64,000 nt of DNA, taken from the NCBI GenBank assembly GCA_030645915.1, contig JAUSNO010000004.1, forward strand, positions 5,269 to 69,268, in the 5' to 3' direction. Every line of letters starts with the position of its first letter. Position 1 is the stretch's first letter. This stretch comes from Undibacterium sp. (GTDB lineage Bacteria > Pseudomonadota > Gammaproteobacteria > Burkholderiales > Burkholderiaceae_D). Positions 16,741-28,537 of this stretch are shown in pieces. The notes beneath the pieces are model-generated. The model made no database searches and was not told the origin of the DNA. It saw nothing but the letters and a program-made list of their open reading frames with translations. Made by a program: the position numbers and the translations under genes.

Positions 16741-18618
16741 ATGAGTAAAATTTCTCAGCGCGAAAGCGTCGCGGCACTCACTCTGGGTGCCCTGGGCGTG
16801 GTGTATGGCGACATCGGCACCAGCCCCCTGTACACCATGAAAGAAGTGTTTGGCCATGCCACCGGCATACCCTTGGATGCCAGCCATTTGATCGGCGCGG
16901 TGTCGGTGATTTTTTGGGGACTGATGATGGTCGTCACCCTGAAATATGTGGTGCTGATCTTGCGTGCCGATAACCGCGGCGAAGGCGGCATCATGGCTTT
17001 GACCGCACTGGCCGCCAAGGCCGCCGGCAAAACCCCGCACAGCCGCGTGCTGTTGCTGCTGACCGGCGTATTCGGCGCGGCGCTTTTTTACGGTGACAGC
17101 GTGATCACTCCCGCCATCTCGGTACTCAGCGCGGTGGAAGGCCTGGAGGTCGCTTCGCTTACCTTCAAGCCCTATGTATTGCCGATTTCTATCGCTGTGT
17201 TGATTGGCCTGTTTGCCTTTCAGCGTTTTGGTACCGGTCTGGTGGGCAAATTGTTCGGGCCCGTTATCGTGCTGTGGTTTGCGGTGCTGGCTGTCACAGG
17301 CATGCTTGAAATCATCCAGCAGCCTGCCATTTTGGCGGCGCTCAACCCGCTCAATGCCATCCGTTTTCTGACCTCGCAAGGCTGGCACGTGTTTGTCGTA
17401 GTCGGCGCGATTGTGCTGGCGTTTACCGGTGCCGAGGCTTTGTATGCCGACATGGGCCACTTCGGCAAGCGCCCGATACAGCTAGCCTGGGCCGGGCTGG
17501 TATTGCCGTCGCTCGCCATCCACTATATGGGGCAAGGTGCGCTGTTGATGCGTGATCCGTCGGCCATCGAGAATCCGTTTTACCACATGTTCCCGACCAG
17601 CTTGCTGATCCCTGCGGTGATGCTGGCCACGCTCGCGACCGTGATCGCCTCACAGGCAGTGATCTCCGGCGCATATTCGATGACCAAGCAAGCCATGCAA
17701 CTGGGCTTGTTGCCGCGCATGCAGGTACATTTCACTTCCGCCAAAGAGATGGGCCAGATCTACATGCCCGGAGTCAACTGGGTGCTGCTCGCCGGCGTGT
17801 TATTGGCGGTGCTGGGGTTTGGCAGCTCTTCCGCGATGGCTGCGGCCTATGGTATTGCCGTGACGGTGACCATGCTGATCACCACCATACTCACCTTCTT
17901 CGTCATCCGCAGCGCATGGAAATACCCTCTATGGCTGGCGCTCGCCGCCACCGGAGTATTTTTGCTGCTGGACTTGCTGCTGGTGGTGTCGTGTTCGATC
18001 AAATTCTTTCAGGGCGGCTGGTTTCCGCTGGCGCTGGGCGGCCTGATCTTCATCGTGATGGCAACCTGGCGCCGTGGCCGCGAGCTGTTGATCAATAACA
18101 TCCGCCAGGATGACCCTGAGCTGCTGCCTTTCATCGCCGCTTTATCAAGCGATGACATGCACCGCGCCTCACGCACCGCGATCTACGCAGTGGCAAACCC
18201 GGATACCGTGCCGCAAGCCCTGATGCACAACCTCAAGCACAATCAGGTACTGCATGAGCGCAATATCATCCTCACCGTGGTGTTTCACGATGTGCCATGG
18301 GTGCCATTTGCAGAGCGCCTGCAAGTCGAATCGCTGGTGCCGGGTTTCTGGAAAGTGAAGATCAATTACGGCTTCAAAAACACGCCGGATATCCCCAAGG
18401 CGCTGGAGCTATGCGAGGCGCAAGGCTTGCCGATCAACCTGTTCGAGACTTCGTATTTCCTCAGCCGGGAAATCGTGGTGCCGACCAAAGGCACCGGCAT
18501 GGCGCACTGGAGAGAAGTCATGTTCGCCCTCATGTCGCGCAACTCGGGCAGCGTGGCAAACTTCTTCAAGCTGCCGAATAACTGCGTGATTGAACTGGGT
18601 ACGCGGGTACAGATTTAA
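16741..18618 (+). CDS. kup: KUP/HAK/KT potassium uptake transporter
   Basis: [21 protein letters not shown]-terminal signature, about 12 TM segments, and a cytoplasmic C-terminal domain. Confidence 0.95.
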   Translation: MSKISQRESVAALTLGALGVVYGDIGTSPLYTMKEVFGHATGIPLDASHLIGAVSVIFWGLMMVVTLKYVVLILRADNRGEGGIMALTALAAKAAGKTPHSRVLLLLTGVFGAALFYGDSVITPAISVLSAVEGLEVASLTFKPYVLPISIAVLIGLFAFQRFGTGLVGKLFGPVIVLWFAVLAVTGMLEIIQQPAILAALNPLNAIRFLTSQGWHVFVVVGAIVLAFTGAEALYADMGHFGKRPIQLAWAGLVLPSLAIHYMGQGALLMRDPSAIENPFYHMFPTSLLIPAVMLATLATVIASQAVISGAYSMTKQAMQLGLLPRMQVHFTSAKEMGQIYMPGVNWVLLAGVLLAVLGFGSSSAMAAAYGIAVTVTMLITTILTFFVIRSAWKYPLWLALAATGVFLLLDLLLVVSCSIKFFQGGWFPLALGGLIFIVMATWRRGRELLINNIRQDDPELLPFIAALSSDDMHRASRTAIYAVANPDTVPQALMHNLKHNQVLHERNIILTVVFHDVPWVPFAERLQVESLVPGFWKVKINYGFKNTPDIPKALELCEAQGLPINLFETSYFLSREIVVPTKGTGMAHWREVMFALMSRNSGSVANFFKLPNNCVIELGTRVQI

Positions 18619-18640
18619 GCTTCCAGATTTCAAAAAGCAC

Positions 18641-18717
18641 AAGCCCGGCACGCCCTATCCATGCGCCTTTGCAGCCAGCCTGGCCTGCAGAGCGCATGGG
18701 TGTTGCGTGCCGGGCTT
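18641..18717. repeat. REP-like element (family A)
   Basis: AAGCCCGGCACGCCCTATCCATGCGCCTTTGCAGCCAGCCTGGCCTGCAGAGCGCATGGGTGTTGCGTGCCGGGCTT, directly after the kup stop. Confidence 0.8.
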
Positions 18718-18959
18718 GGTCGTTTTTAAAACAACGTAAGCAAGGGCAAGTCCTATGCCGCGGCAGTTGCTGTACAGCCAGAACGCGGGTGCATTAATGC
18801 AGAAAGGCACGCAATTAAATCCCGGCACAAGCATTTTTTTCCGAAGAAATTTTTGAGCAAACGCAAGCCAGCGTAGCTTGTTCAGTGCAACGCTTGCCTC
18901 CGGCAATCGACCTTTTTTGTACCAAGCGCTGTCGAGAATCGGGCAGTTACCATCAAATT

Positions 18960-19008
18960 TTTACAATTTGTTTACACGATCTTCAACAGTCTTTACAAAG
19001 TTTTTACA
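18960..19008 (+). promoter_or_regulatory. candidate KdpE boxes: two pairs of TTTACA direct repeats with 11-bp phasing
   Basis: TTTACA at 18960, 18971, 18992 and 19003. Within each pair the spacing is exactly 11 bp. A -10-like TATTAT lies at 19019-19024, upstream of the kdp operon. Confidence 0.5.
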
Positions 19009-19053
19009 GGCTTTTGCCTATTATTCTCAGTGTAAAAAACCAATGGGGAAATC

Positions 19054-19158
19054 ATGGATATGTTGATGGATATTTTGTATGTGGGCGGGATAGCAGGGTT
19101 TTTCCTGCTGGTCTGGGCACTGGCGCAAGCGTGCGACAAACTGGGAGCCAAATCATGA
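19054..19158 (+). CDS. candidate second KdpF-like small membrane peptide (34 aa; alternative starts at 19060/19066)
   Basis: [34 protein letters not shown] has a single hydrophobic helix. GGGGAA at 19045-19050. Its stop (TGA 19156-19158) overlaps the kdpF ATG (19155). It falls below the ORF-track size cut-off. Confidence 0.35.
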   Translation: MDMLMDILYVGGIAGFFLLVWALAQACDKLGAKS

Positions 19159-19244
19159 ACACGTTTTATGTCATTGGTGCCGTGGTAGCGGCTGGCCTGT
19201 TGGTGTATCTGGTGGTGGCATTGTTGAAAGCTGAGGATCTGTGA
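19155..19244 (+). CDS. kdpF: K+-transporting ATPase subunit F
   Basis: 29-aa [29 protein letters not shown] directly precedes and overlaps the kdpA start. Confidence 0.8.
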   Translation: MNTFYVIGAVVAAGLLVYLVVALLKAEDL

Positions 19245-21055
19245 TGACTACGCAAGCAATTATTCTCTTGGTGACATTTCTGGCAGTGCTGCTGATCTTG
19301 TCTTATCCGCTGGGTATCCTGATAGCCAAAATCGCCGATGACAAGGCCGCCGTGCCCGGCTTCGGCTGGCTGGCCTGGCTAGAAAAAGGTTTATATAAAG
19401 TCGCCGGCGTCAAGACTGACGAAGGCATGGGCTGGAAAGGCTATGCCATCGCCTTGCTGGTGTTCAACGCTCTCGGCACCCTGGCTGTGTATGTCGTGCA
19501 GCGCCTGCAATTCTGGTTGCCGTTGAACCCACAGGCAATGGCGAATGTCAGTAGCGATTCATCCTTTAATACCGCGGTGAGTTTTGTCAGCAATACCAAC
19601 TGGCAGGGCTATGTGGGTGAAGCGACCATGAGCTACCTGACCCAAATGCTGGTCTTGGCTGGCCAGAATTTTTTCTCGGCGGCCACCGGTATCGCCGTCG
19701 TGTTTGCCCTGATACGCGGATTCTCGCGTCATTCCTCCGCATCCATCGGCAACTTCTGGGCCGATATCACACGCTCTACGCTGTATCTGCTATTGCCCTT
19801 GTCGATTATCTTCGCGACTTTGTTGATTAGTCAGGGCGTGATCCAGAATTTTTCGGCCTACAAGGACGTGCAATTGATGGATACCGTTGCCTATAGCGTG
19901 CCTAAACTCGGTGCGGATGGCCAGGCTTTGAAAGATGACAAAGGTGCACCTGTCATGGAAGATAAGACGACCACTACCCAGACCTTGGCGATGGGGCCGG
20001 TAGCGTCGCAAGAAGCGATCAAGATGCTCGGTACCAATGGCGGCGGATTCTTTAACGTCAACTCTGCGCATCCTTATGAAAACCCCACAGCGCTGGCGAA
20101 TTTCTTCCAGATGATTGCGATTTTCCTGATCCCGGCTGGCCTGTGTTTTGCCTTTGGCCACATGGTCGGTGATCAGCGTCAGGGCTGGGCGGTACTGACC
20201 ACCATGACACTATTATTCGTCGCCATGACAGTGACCGTGATGGTTGCAGAGCAGCAGGCGCATCCGGCCCTGGCCGCGATGAATGTCGATCAGGCCAGCA
20301 GCGCGCTGCAGGCGGGCGGCAATATGGAAGGCAAGGAAACCCGTTTCGGTATCAGCGCCTCTTCCCTGTTTGTGGCGGTCACTACCGCAGCCTCTTGCGG
20401 TGCGGTGAATGCCATGCATGATTCACTGATGCCCCTTGGCGGTCTGGTGCCACTCGTGCTGATGCAGTTCGGTGAAGTGGTGTTCGGCGGTGTCGGTTCC
20501 GGTCTTTACGGCATGCTGATATTTGCGATTCTGGCGGTGTTTATCGCCGGTTTGATGATAGGCCGTACGCCGGAATATCTGGGCAAGAAAATCCAGTCAT
20601 ATGAAATGAAAATGACCTCGATTGCGATCCTGGTGACGCCGATTCTGGTCTTGGCCGGTACCGCGATTGCCGTGATGACGGACGCCGGCCGTGCCGGTAT
20701 CCTCAATCCAGGCGCGCATGGTTTCTCTGAAGTCTTGTACGCCTTCACTTCCGCCGCCAACAATAACGGCAGTGCTTTTGCCGGTGTCAGTGCCAACACG
20801 CCGTTTTACAACATCATGCTGGCCATTGCGATGTGGTTTGGCCGCTTTGCGATGATAGTGCCTGTGTTGGCGATTGCCGGTTCACTGGCTGCCAAGAAAC
20901 GTCTGGAGGTTAATGCAGGCACCATGCCTACGCACGGACCGATGTTCATCGCCCTGCTGGCCGGTACCGTGGTCTTGATCAGCGTGCTGAACTATGTGCC
21001 GGCGCTGGCCCTGGGCCCGGTCGTTGAACATCTGCAACTCATTGCTACACACTAA
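19244..21055 (+). CDS. kdpA: K+-transporting ATPase subunit A
   Basis: Polytopic 603-aa protein with KdpA-type blocks ([30 protein letters not shown]). A GTG at 19241 is an alternative start. Confidence 0.95.
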   Translation: MTTQAIILLVTFLAVLLILSYPLGILIAKIADDKAAVPGFGWLAWLEKGLYKVAGVKTDEGMGWKGYAIALLVFNALGTLAVYVVQRLQFWLPLNPQAMANVSSDSSFNTAVSFVSNTNWQGYVGEATMSYLTQMLVLAGQNFFSAATGIAVVFALIRGFSRHSSASIGNFWADITRSTLYLLLPLSIIFATLLISQGVIQNFSAYKDVQLMDTVAYSVPKLGADGQALKDDKGAPVMEDKTTTTQTLAMGPVASQEAIKMLGTNGGGFFNVNSAHPYENPTALANFFQMIAIFLIPAGLCFAFGHMVGDQRQGWAVLTTMTLLFVAMTVTVMVAEQQAHPALAAMNVDQASSALQAGGNMEGKETRFGISASSLFVAVTTAASCGAVNAMHDSLMPLGGLVPLVLMQFGEVVFGGVGSGLYGMLIFAILAVFIAGLMIGRTPEYLGKKIQSYEMKMTSIAILVTPILVLAGTAIAVMTDAGRAGILNPGAHGFSEVLYAFTSAANNNGSAFAGVSANTPFYNIMLAIAMWFGRFAMIVPVLAIAGSLAAKKRLEVNAGTMPTHGPMFIALLAGTVVLISVLNYVPALALGPVVEHLQLIATH

Positions 21056-21070
21056 GTTTAAGGAAATGAT

Positions 21071-23239
<2,169 letters not shown>

Positions 23240-23261
23240 TGTAAAAATTGAGGAATCCAAA

Positions 23262-23840
23262 ATGAGTTCAATTAGCAAAACCCTACGCCCGGCTGTCGTG
23301 CTGTTCGCCGGCCTCACCATCCTGGTTGGCGTGATCTACCCTTATGCCATGACCGGCATAGGCAAAGTCGCTTTTGCCGACAAGGCTGAAGGTAGCCTGG
23401 TGCTGCGGGACGGCAAAGTCGTCGGTTCATCCCTGATAGGACAGGCGTTCAGTTCGCCCCAGTATTTCTGGGGCAGACCTTCCGCCACCGGCCCTATGCC
23501 TAACAACGCACTTGTGTCCAGCGGTGCCAATCTGGGGCCGACCAATCCGGCGCAAATTGATGCAGTCAAAAGCCGTATCGACGCGTTGAAAGCGGCTGAT
23601 CCAACCAATACCGTAAAGATCCCGGTTGACCTGGTCACCGCTTCTGGCAGCGGCCTCGATCCAGAGATCAGTCTGGCGGCCGCGTATTATCAGATGCCAA
23701 GGATAGCGCGTGAGCGCAAAATGCGCGAGGATCAGGTACGTGCCATGATCGAACAACTGGCGCAGCACCCTGTCATGGGTGTGTTTGGCGAAGCCAGGGT
23801 GAACGTGCTGGCATTAAATCTGATGCTGGATAAGAAATAA
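23262..23840 (+). CDS. kdpC: K+-transporting ATPase subunit C
   Basis: A single N-terminal TM plus the KdpC blocks (GSSLIGQ, SSGANLGPTNP, ASGSGLDPEIS). Confidence 0.95.
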   Translation: MSSISKTLRPAVVLFAGLTILVGVIYPYAMTGIGKVAFADKAEGSLVLRDGKVVGSSLIGQAFSSPQYFWGRPSATGPMPNNALVSSGANLGPTNPAQIDAVKSRIDALKAADPTNTVKIPVDLVTASGSGLDPEISLAAAYYQMPRIARERKMREDQVRAMIEQLAQHPVMGVFGEARVNVLALNLMLDKK

Positions 23841-23852
23841 ATCCCATGCAAC

Positions 23853-23928
23853 AGGCCCAGCACGCACTATCCATGCGGGTTTCCAGGCACATGCCCTGGA
23901 GATGCCCGTGGATAGGGCGTGCTGGCCT
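23853..23928. repeat. REP-like element (family A variant)
   Basis: AGGCCCAGCACGCACTATCCATGCGGGTTTCCAGGCACATGCCCTGGAGATGCCCGTGGATAGGGCGTGCTGGCCT, between kdpC and kdpD. Confidence 0.7.
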
Positions 23929-23954
23929 GGTCACTTTTAAAAAATACAAAGACT

Positions 23955-26738
23955 ATGGCCATCAATAGCGATCAACGCCCCGACCCCGATGTCTTGCTGG
24001 CCCACGTGCAGGCGCAGGAACGTCGAGCCACACGCGGCAAGCTGCGCATCTATTTCGGCGCGTCTGCCGGCGTCGGCAAGACCTACGCCATGCTGACCGC
24101 CGCACGCAAGTTGATTGCCGATGGCCAGCAGGTTTTGGTCGGCGTGATCGAGACGCATGGCCGCGATGAAACGGCGGCGCTGGTCGATGGCCTGGATGTC
24201 CTGCCACCCAAGCAGATTGCCTATCGCGATAAGACAATCTCCGAATTTGATATTGACGCCGCGCTGGAGCTGAAACCTGCCTTGATCTTGATGGATGAGC
24301 TGGCGCACTCGAACGCGCCAGGCTCGCGCCACCCCAAGCGCTGGCAAGATGTGGAGGAATTGCTCGACGCCGGTATCGACGTCTACACCACCGTCAATGT
24401 GCAGCATCTGGAAAGCCTGAACGATGTGGTTGGCGGCATCACCGGCATCCGCGTGGCAGAAACCCTGCCCGACACCGTGTTTGATGAAGCCGATGAAGTC
24501 GTGCTGGTGGATATACCTGCCGATGAATTATTGGCGCGGCTTAAATCCGGCCGCGTCTACCAAGTGCAGCAGGCTGAGCGCGCTGCCAAGAATTTTTTTC
24601 GCAAAGGCAACCTGATCGCCCTGCGTGAGCTGGCCTTGCGTCGTACTGCTGACAGGGTAGAGGATGATGTCCGCGCCTATCGCATAGAGAAATCGATCAG
24701 TGCAGTCTGGAAGACCGATGCAGCGCTGCTCGCTTGCGTCGGCCCACACCCCGGCGCCGATCATCTGATACGCAGCGCGGCCAGATTAGCCAGCCAGATG
24801 AACGCGGTCTGGCATGCGATTTACATAGAAACGCCGGCGCTGCAAAAACTGCCGGCAGCGCAACGCGAACGCATCCTGAAGAGCCTGAAGCTGGCGCAGG
24901 ATCTCGGCGCCAATACCGCCGTATTGTTCAGCAACGATATCGCACTCGCCATCGTCGAGTATGCCAGCGGGCAGAATTTTTCGCGCATCGTGATGGGTCG
25001 CAAGTCACTCAACTTGCCATGGCGCACCTCGCATAGGCAACGTGTCACGGCCCTGGCGCCGCATGTTGACCTGATCGAAATCGGGCGCGCCGCGTCGCAG
25101 GATGATGAGGGCCAGCAGGGCCTGAGCGCCAGCGAGACGACCAAGGCGACAGGCATACAGGAGAAGCGTGTTTCATCGCGCACGCCACATCGGCTGATGG
25201 GCTACGTGTTTGCCGCCCTGGCCAGTATTGCTACCGCACTCATCGCGACACCGTTGCTGGAGGTTTTTAATCTGGTGAATATCGCGATGCTGTTCTTGTT
25301 GACTGTGGTGCTGGTGGCGGTACGTTTTGGCCGTGGGCCTTCGGTCGTGGCGACGATGGTAGGCGTGTTGGCATTTGATTTCTTTTTTGTCCCGCCACGG
25401 TTTTCGTTTGCCGTCAGCGATTTGCAATACATCATGACCTTTGCCGTGATGCTAGCGGTCGGCTTGATTACCGGACATTTGACGGCAGGTTTGCGTTATC
25501 AGGCTAAAGTAGCGTCGAATCGGGAATCGCGCTCGCGCGCCTTGTACGAATTTGCCCGCGATCTCTCCGGTGTCTTGCAAGGTGAACAGATTTCTGAAAC
25601 CACGCAGGCCATCATCCAGCGCGCCTTTCGCGCCAAGGCCACGCTGTTGCTGCCGGATGATGAGGGCCGTTTGCAGGCGCCAGAGCCTGCGGTGCCCGGC
25701 TTGGATATGGGCATCGCGCAATGGGCTTTCGATAAAGTCGAAACCGCTGGCATAGGTACCGACACACTACCGGCCAGCAGCTTCTTTTACCTGCCGCTGG
25801 TAGCACCGATGCGCACCCGGGGTTTGCTGGCGATACAGCCCGATAACCGGCGCTGGATCTTGATCCCTGAGCAAAGACAGCAACTCGATACCTTTGCGGC
25901 ACTGGCGGCGATTGCCTTAGAGCGCGTGCACTATATCGAGGTGGCGCAAGATGCGCTGGTCCATATGGAATCGGAACGTCTGCGCAACTCATTACTGGCG
26001 GCGCTGTCACACGATTTACGTACCCCCTTAACCTCACTAGTGGGCATCTCTGAGTCGCTGACCATGTCCACGCCCGCCTTAAGCAGCGCGCAGCTACAAA
26101 TGGCGCATGCGCTGCACGACGAGACCTTGCGCATGAGCGCACTGGTATCGAATTTGCTCGATATGGCAAAGATACAAAGCGGCGAAGTGAAACTCAATTT
26201 GCAATGGCAACCGCTGGAAGAGGTGGTCGGCAGTGCCTTGCGTATCAGCGCCATGCAACTCAAGGAACATCTGGTAAAAACCAGCTTGGCGCGTGATCTG
26301 CCTTTGATCCATTTTGATGCCATCCTGATAGAAAGAGTCTTGTGCAATCTGCTGGAAAATGCCGCCAAATATACACCGCAAGGATCGCACATCACGCTCA
26401 GTGCAGAAATTAACGGCAGCATGATCAATGTCATGGTGTATGACAATGGACCTGGGCTGCCGGCCGGAAGAGAAGAAGTCATTTTTGAAAAATTTACCCG
26501 TGGCGAGCGTGAATCGGCCAAACCGGGAGTCGGCCTCGGGCTGGCAATTTGCCGCGCGATTATAGAAGCGCATAAAGGCACGATAGGTGCCGGCGTGTCG
26601 CCCGATGGCGGTGCCTGCATCGTCTTTTCGCTGCCACTTGGCACGCCGCCCGCCATGCCCGATATGGATCTGATGAACGCACTGCACCAGGAGGATGAAT
26701 CGTCCTTAAGCACCACCCAAAATGAGTCCACCATATGA
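23955..26738 (+). CDS. kdpD: full-length sensor histidine kinase KdpD
   Basis: N-terminal KdpD domain with P-loop GASAGVGKT, a Usp-like region, DUF4118 membrane block, GAF-like region, H-box LSHDLRTPL, and HATPase. The ATG at 23955 (MAINSDQRPDPD) is preferred. Confidence 0.95.
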   Translation: MAINSDQRPDPDVLLAHVQAQERRATRGKLRIYFGASAGVGKTYAMLTAARKLIADGQQVLVGVIETHGRDETAALVDGLDVLPPKQIAYRDKTISEFDIDAALELKPALILMDELAHSNAPGSRHPKRWQDVEELLDAGIDVYTTVNVQHLESLNDVVGGITGIRVAETLPDTVFDEADEVVLVDIPADELLARLKSGRVYQVQQAERAAKNFFRKGNLIALRELALRRTADRVEDDVRAYRIEKSISAVWKTDAALLACVGPHPGADHLIRSAARLASQMNAVWHAIYIETPALQKLPAAQRERILKSLKLAQDLGANTAVLFSNDIALAIVEYASGQNFSRIVMGRKSLNLPWRTSHRQRVTALAPHVDLIEIGRAASQDDEGQQGLSASETTKATGIQEKRVSSRTPHRLMGYVFAALASIATALIATPLLEVFNLVNIAMLFLLTVVLVAVRFGRGPSVVATMVGVLAFDFFFVPPRFSFAVSDLQYIMTFAVMLAVGLITGHLTAGLRYQAKVASNRESRSRALYEFARDLSGVLQGEQISETTQAIIQRAFRAKATLLLPDDEGRLQAPEPAVPGLDMGIAQWAFDKVETAGIGTDTLPASSFFYLPLVAPMRTRGLLAIQPDNRRWILIPEQRQQLDTFAALAAIALERVHYIEVAQDALVHMESERLRNSLLAALSHDLRTPLTSLVGISESLTMSTPALSSAQLQMAHALHDETLRMSALVSNLLDMAKIQSGEVKLNLQWQPLEEVVGSALRISAMQLKEHLVKTSLARDLPLIHFDAILIERVLCNLLENAAKYTPQGSHITLSAEINGSMINVMVYDNGPGLPAGREEVIFEKFTRGERESAKPGVGLGLAICRAIIEAHKGTIGAGVSPDGGACIVFSLPLGTPPAMPDMDLMNALHQEDESSLSTTQNESTI

Positions 26739-27472
26739 TGACAAAATCACTCGCGACTAAGGTTCCTGACGCAGCTGCACCGACTGCACCGACCGCTTTG
26801 CTGGTTGAAGACGAACCGCAAATCCGGCGCTTCGTGCGTAGCGCGCTGGAACAGGAAGGCTGGCAGATCTTTGAGTCAGGCACGTTGCAACGTGGCTTGA
26901 TCGATGCCGGTACGCGCCAGCCTGACCTGATCGTGCTTGATTTGGGTCTGCCTGACGGCGACGGCATAGATTTCATCAAGGATGTGCGACGCTGGTCCAG
27001 TGTGCCGATTATTGTGCTCTCAGCCAGAGTCAGCGAACAAGACAAGATCAAGGCGCTAGATGCCGGTGCCGATGACTACCTGAGCAAGCCATTTGGTGTC
27101 GGTGAATTACAGGCCAGGGTCAGGGCGACCTTAAGACGCCAGCGCCAGCCCGGTATCGACCTTGATGGCATCGTGCAATTTGGCGATGTCAAGGTAGATA
27201 TGAAAGCCCGCATGGTGACCAAGGCGGGGCAGATGGTGCACCTGACGCCGACCGAATTTCGCTTGCTGATGGTGCTGGTCGCGAATGTCGGAAGGGTGGT
27301 CACCAACCCGCAATTATTGCGTGAAGTATGGGGTCCTTCACATTCTGAAAGCGGGCATTATTTGCGTATCTATATGGGACATCTGCGGCAGAAACTGGAA
27401 GACGATCCAACCCAGCCGCGTTATCTCTTGACTGAAACGGCAATAGGCTACCGATTGCTATTGCCTAGCTGA
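26735..27472 (+). CDS. kdpE: response regulator KdpE
   Basis: OmpR-family receiver plus winged helix. The start overlaps the kdpD stop (ATGATG at 26735-26740). Confidence 0.95.
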   Translation: MMTKSLATKVPDAAAPTAPTALLVEDEPQIRRFVRSALEQEGWQIFESGTLQRGLIDAGTRQPDLIVLDLGLPDGDGIDFIKDVRRWSSVPIIVLSARVSEQDKIKALDAGADDYLSKPFGVGELQARVRATLRRQRQPGIDLDGIVQFGDVKVDMKARMVTKAGQMVHLTPTEFRLLMVLVANVGRVVTNPQLLREVWGPSHSESGHYLRIYMGHLRQKLEDDPTQPRYLLTETAIGYRLLLPS

Positions 27473-27553
27473 ATTTGTATTTGTGTTGTAAACCGACGGC
27501 AGGAATGCCAGGTCGGAGGGGGCTTTGCACGCCCGGAATTTTGAAATTTTTAT

Positions 27554-27599
27554 GTGCTCGTTGTTACTTGCGTTCACCAACGCAAGTAACAACGAGCAC
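27554..27599 (+). terminator. perfect 21-bp stem / 4-nt loop hairpin downstream of kdpE
   Basis: GTGCTCGTTGTTACTTGCGTT-CACC-AACGCAAGTAACAACGAGCAC. No U-tract follows, so a role as an intrinsic terminator is uncertain. Confidence 0.4.
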
Positions 27600-27639
27600 C
27601 AACCAGAACGACTTTGTCGTTATCTTGAAAGGAAGTAGC

Positions 27640-28386
27640 ATGAAAAAATTGATCCTGGCAGCAGCCATCACGGCCGCATTTTCAGCCGGCTTTGTCCACG
27701 CAGAAGAAACCAAAGTGGAAGCAAAGCCAGACAATGAAGTCAGCTTTAATGCCGCACTGACCTCCGATTACCGCTATCGCGGCATTTCGCAAACACGCCT
27801 GCAAGCTGCGCTGCAAGGCGGCGCAGATTACATCAACAACCCTAGTGGCTTCTATGCAGGTGCCTGGCTCTCAAGCATCAAGTGGATCAAAGACGCCGGC
27901 GGCAAAGGCAATGTTGAAGTCGATCTGTATGCAGGCAAGCGTGGCGAGATCGCCAAGGATGTCAGCTATGACATCGGTGTGCTGACCTACGTTTATCCAT
28001 CCAACGCCCTGGCCACCAGCGCCGATACCACCGAAGTTTATGGCCAGCTTGGTTATGGCCCTGCGTATGTCAAGTATTCGCATTCGGTGACAAATCTGTT
28101 CGGTTTTGCCGACAGCAAAAATAGCGGCTATCTTGATCTGGGTGCCAACTTTGAAGTCGCTACCGGCCTGACCCTGAATCTGCATGCCGGCCGCCAGCAA
28201 GTAAAAAACAATGGCGTCTACAGCTACACTGACTGGAAAATAGGCGTCACCAAAGACTTCGGCGTAGTCACCGGCGCATTGGCCGTCATCGGCACTAATG
28301 CCGGGGAAGTAGCCTATGCGTCACCGGCGAATGGCAAGTTCCTCGGCAAGACAGGTCTGGTTGCAACCCTGAGTAAAACGTTTTGA
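27640..28386 (+). CDS. TorF-family (TIGR02001/Gcw_chp-type) putative outer-membrane porin
   Basis: Signal peptide MKKLILAAAITAAFSAGFVHA, then LTSDYRYRGISQT, GFYAGAWLSS and EVDLYAGK blocks, ending in an aromatic residue (TF). Confidence 0.75.
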   Translation: MKKLILAAAITAAFSAGFVHAEETKVEAKPDNEVSFNAALTSDYRYRGISQTRLQAALQGGADYINNPSGFYAGAWLSSIKWIKDAGGKGNVEVDLYAGKRGEIAKDVSYDIGVLTYVYPSNALATSADTTEVYGQLGYGPAYVKYSHSVTNLFGFADSKNSGYLDLGANFEVATGLTLNLHAGRQQVKNNGVYSYTDWKIGVTKDFGVVTGALAVIGTNAGEVAYASPANGKFLGKTGLVATLSKTF

Positions 28387-28440
28387 GGCGATTCTATTTT
28401 AGGTAGAAATATTTCTATCATTTGAAAATCAAAAGACACA

Positions 28441-28515
28441 AGCCCAGCACGCAACACCCATGCGCCTTTGCAGCCAGCCTGGCCTGCAGGGCGCATGGGT
28501 GTTGCGTGCTGGGCT
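28441..28515. repeat. REP-like element (family A, best-preserved copy)
   Basis: AGCCCAGCACGCAACACCCATGCGCC-TTTGCAGCCAGCCTGGCCTGCAG-GGCGCATGGGTGTTGCGTGCTGGGCT. The 26-bp stem is perfect. Confidence 0.85.
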
Positions 28516-28537
28516 AGGTCGTTTTTGATTTTTATTA

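Noticed and set aside
18885-19244. 119-aa track ORF upstream of kdpA.
   Set aside because: Only the last 29 codons (19155..19244) match KdpF. The upstream part crosses the promoter/operator region and has no coding signature.
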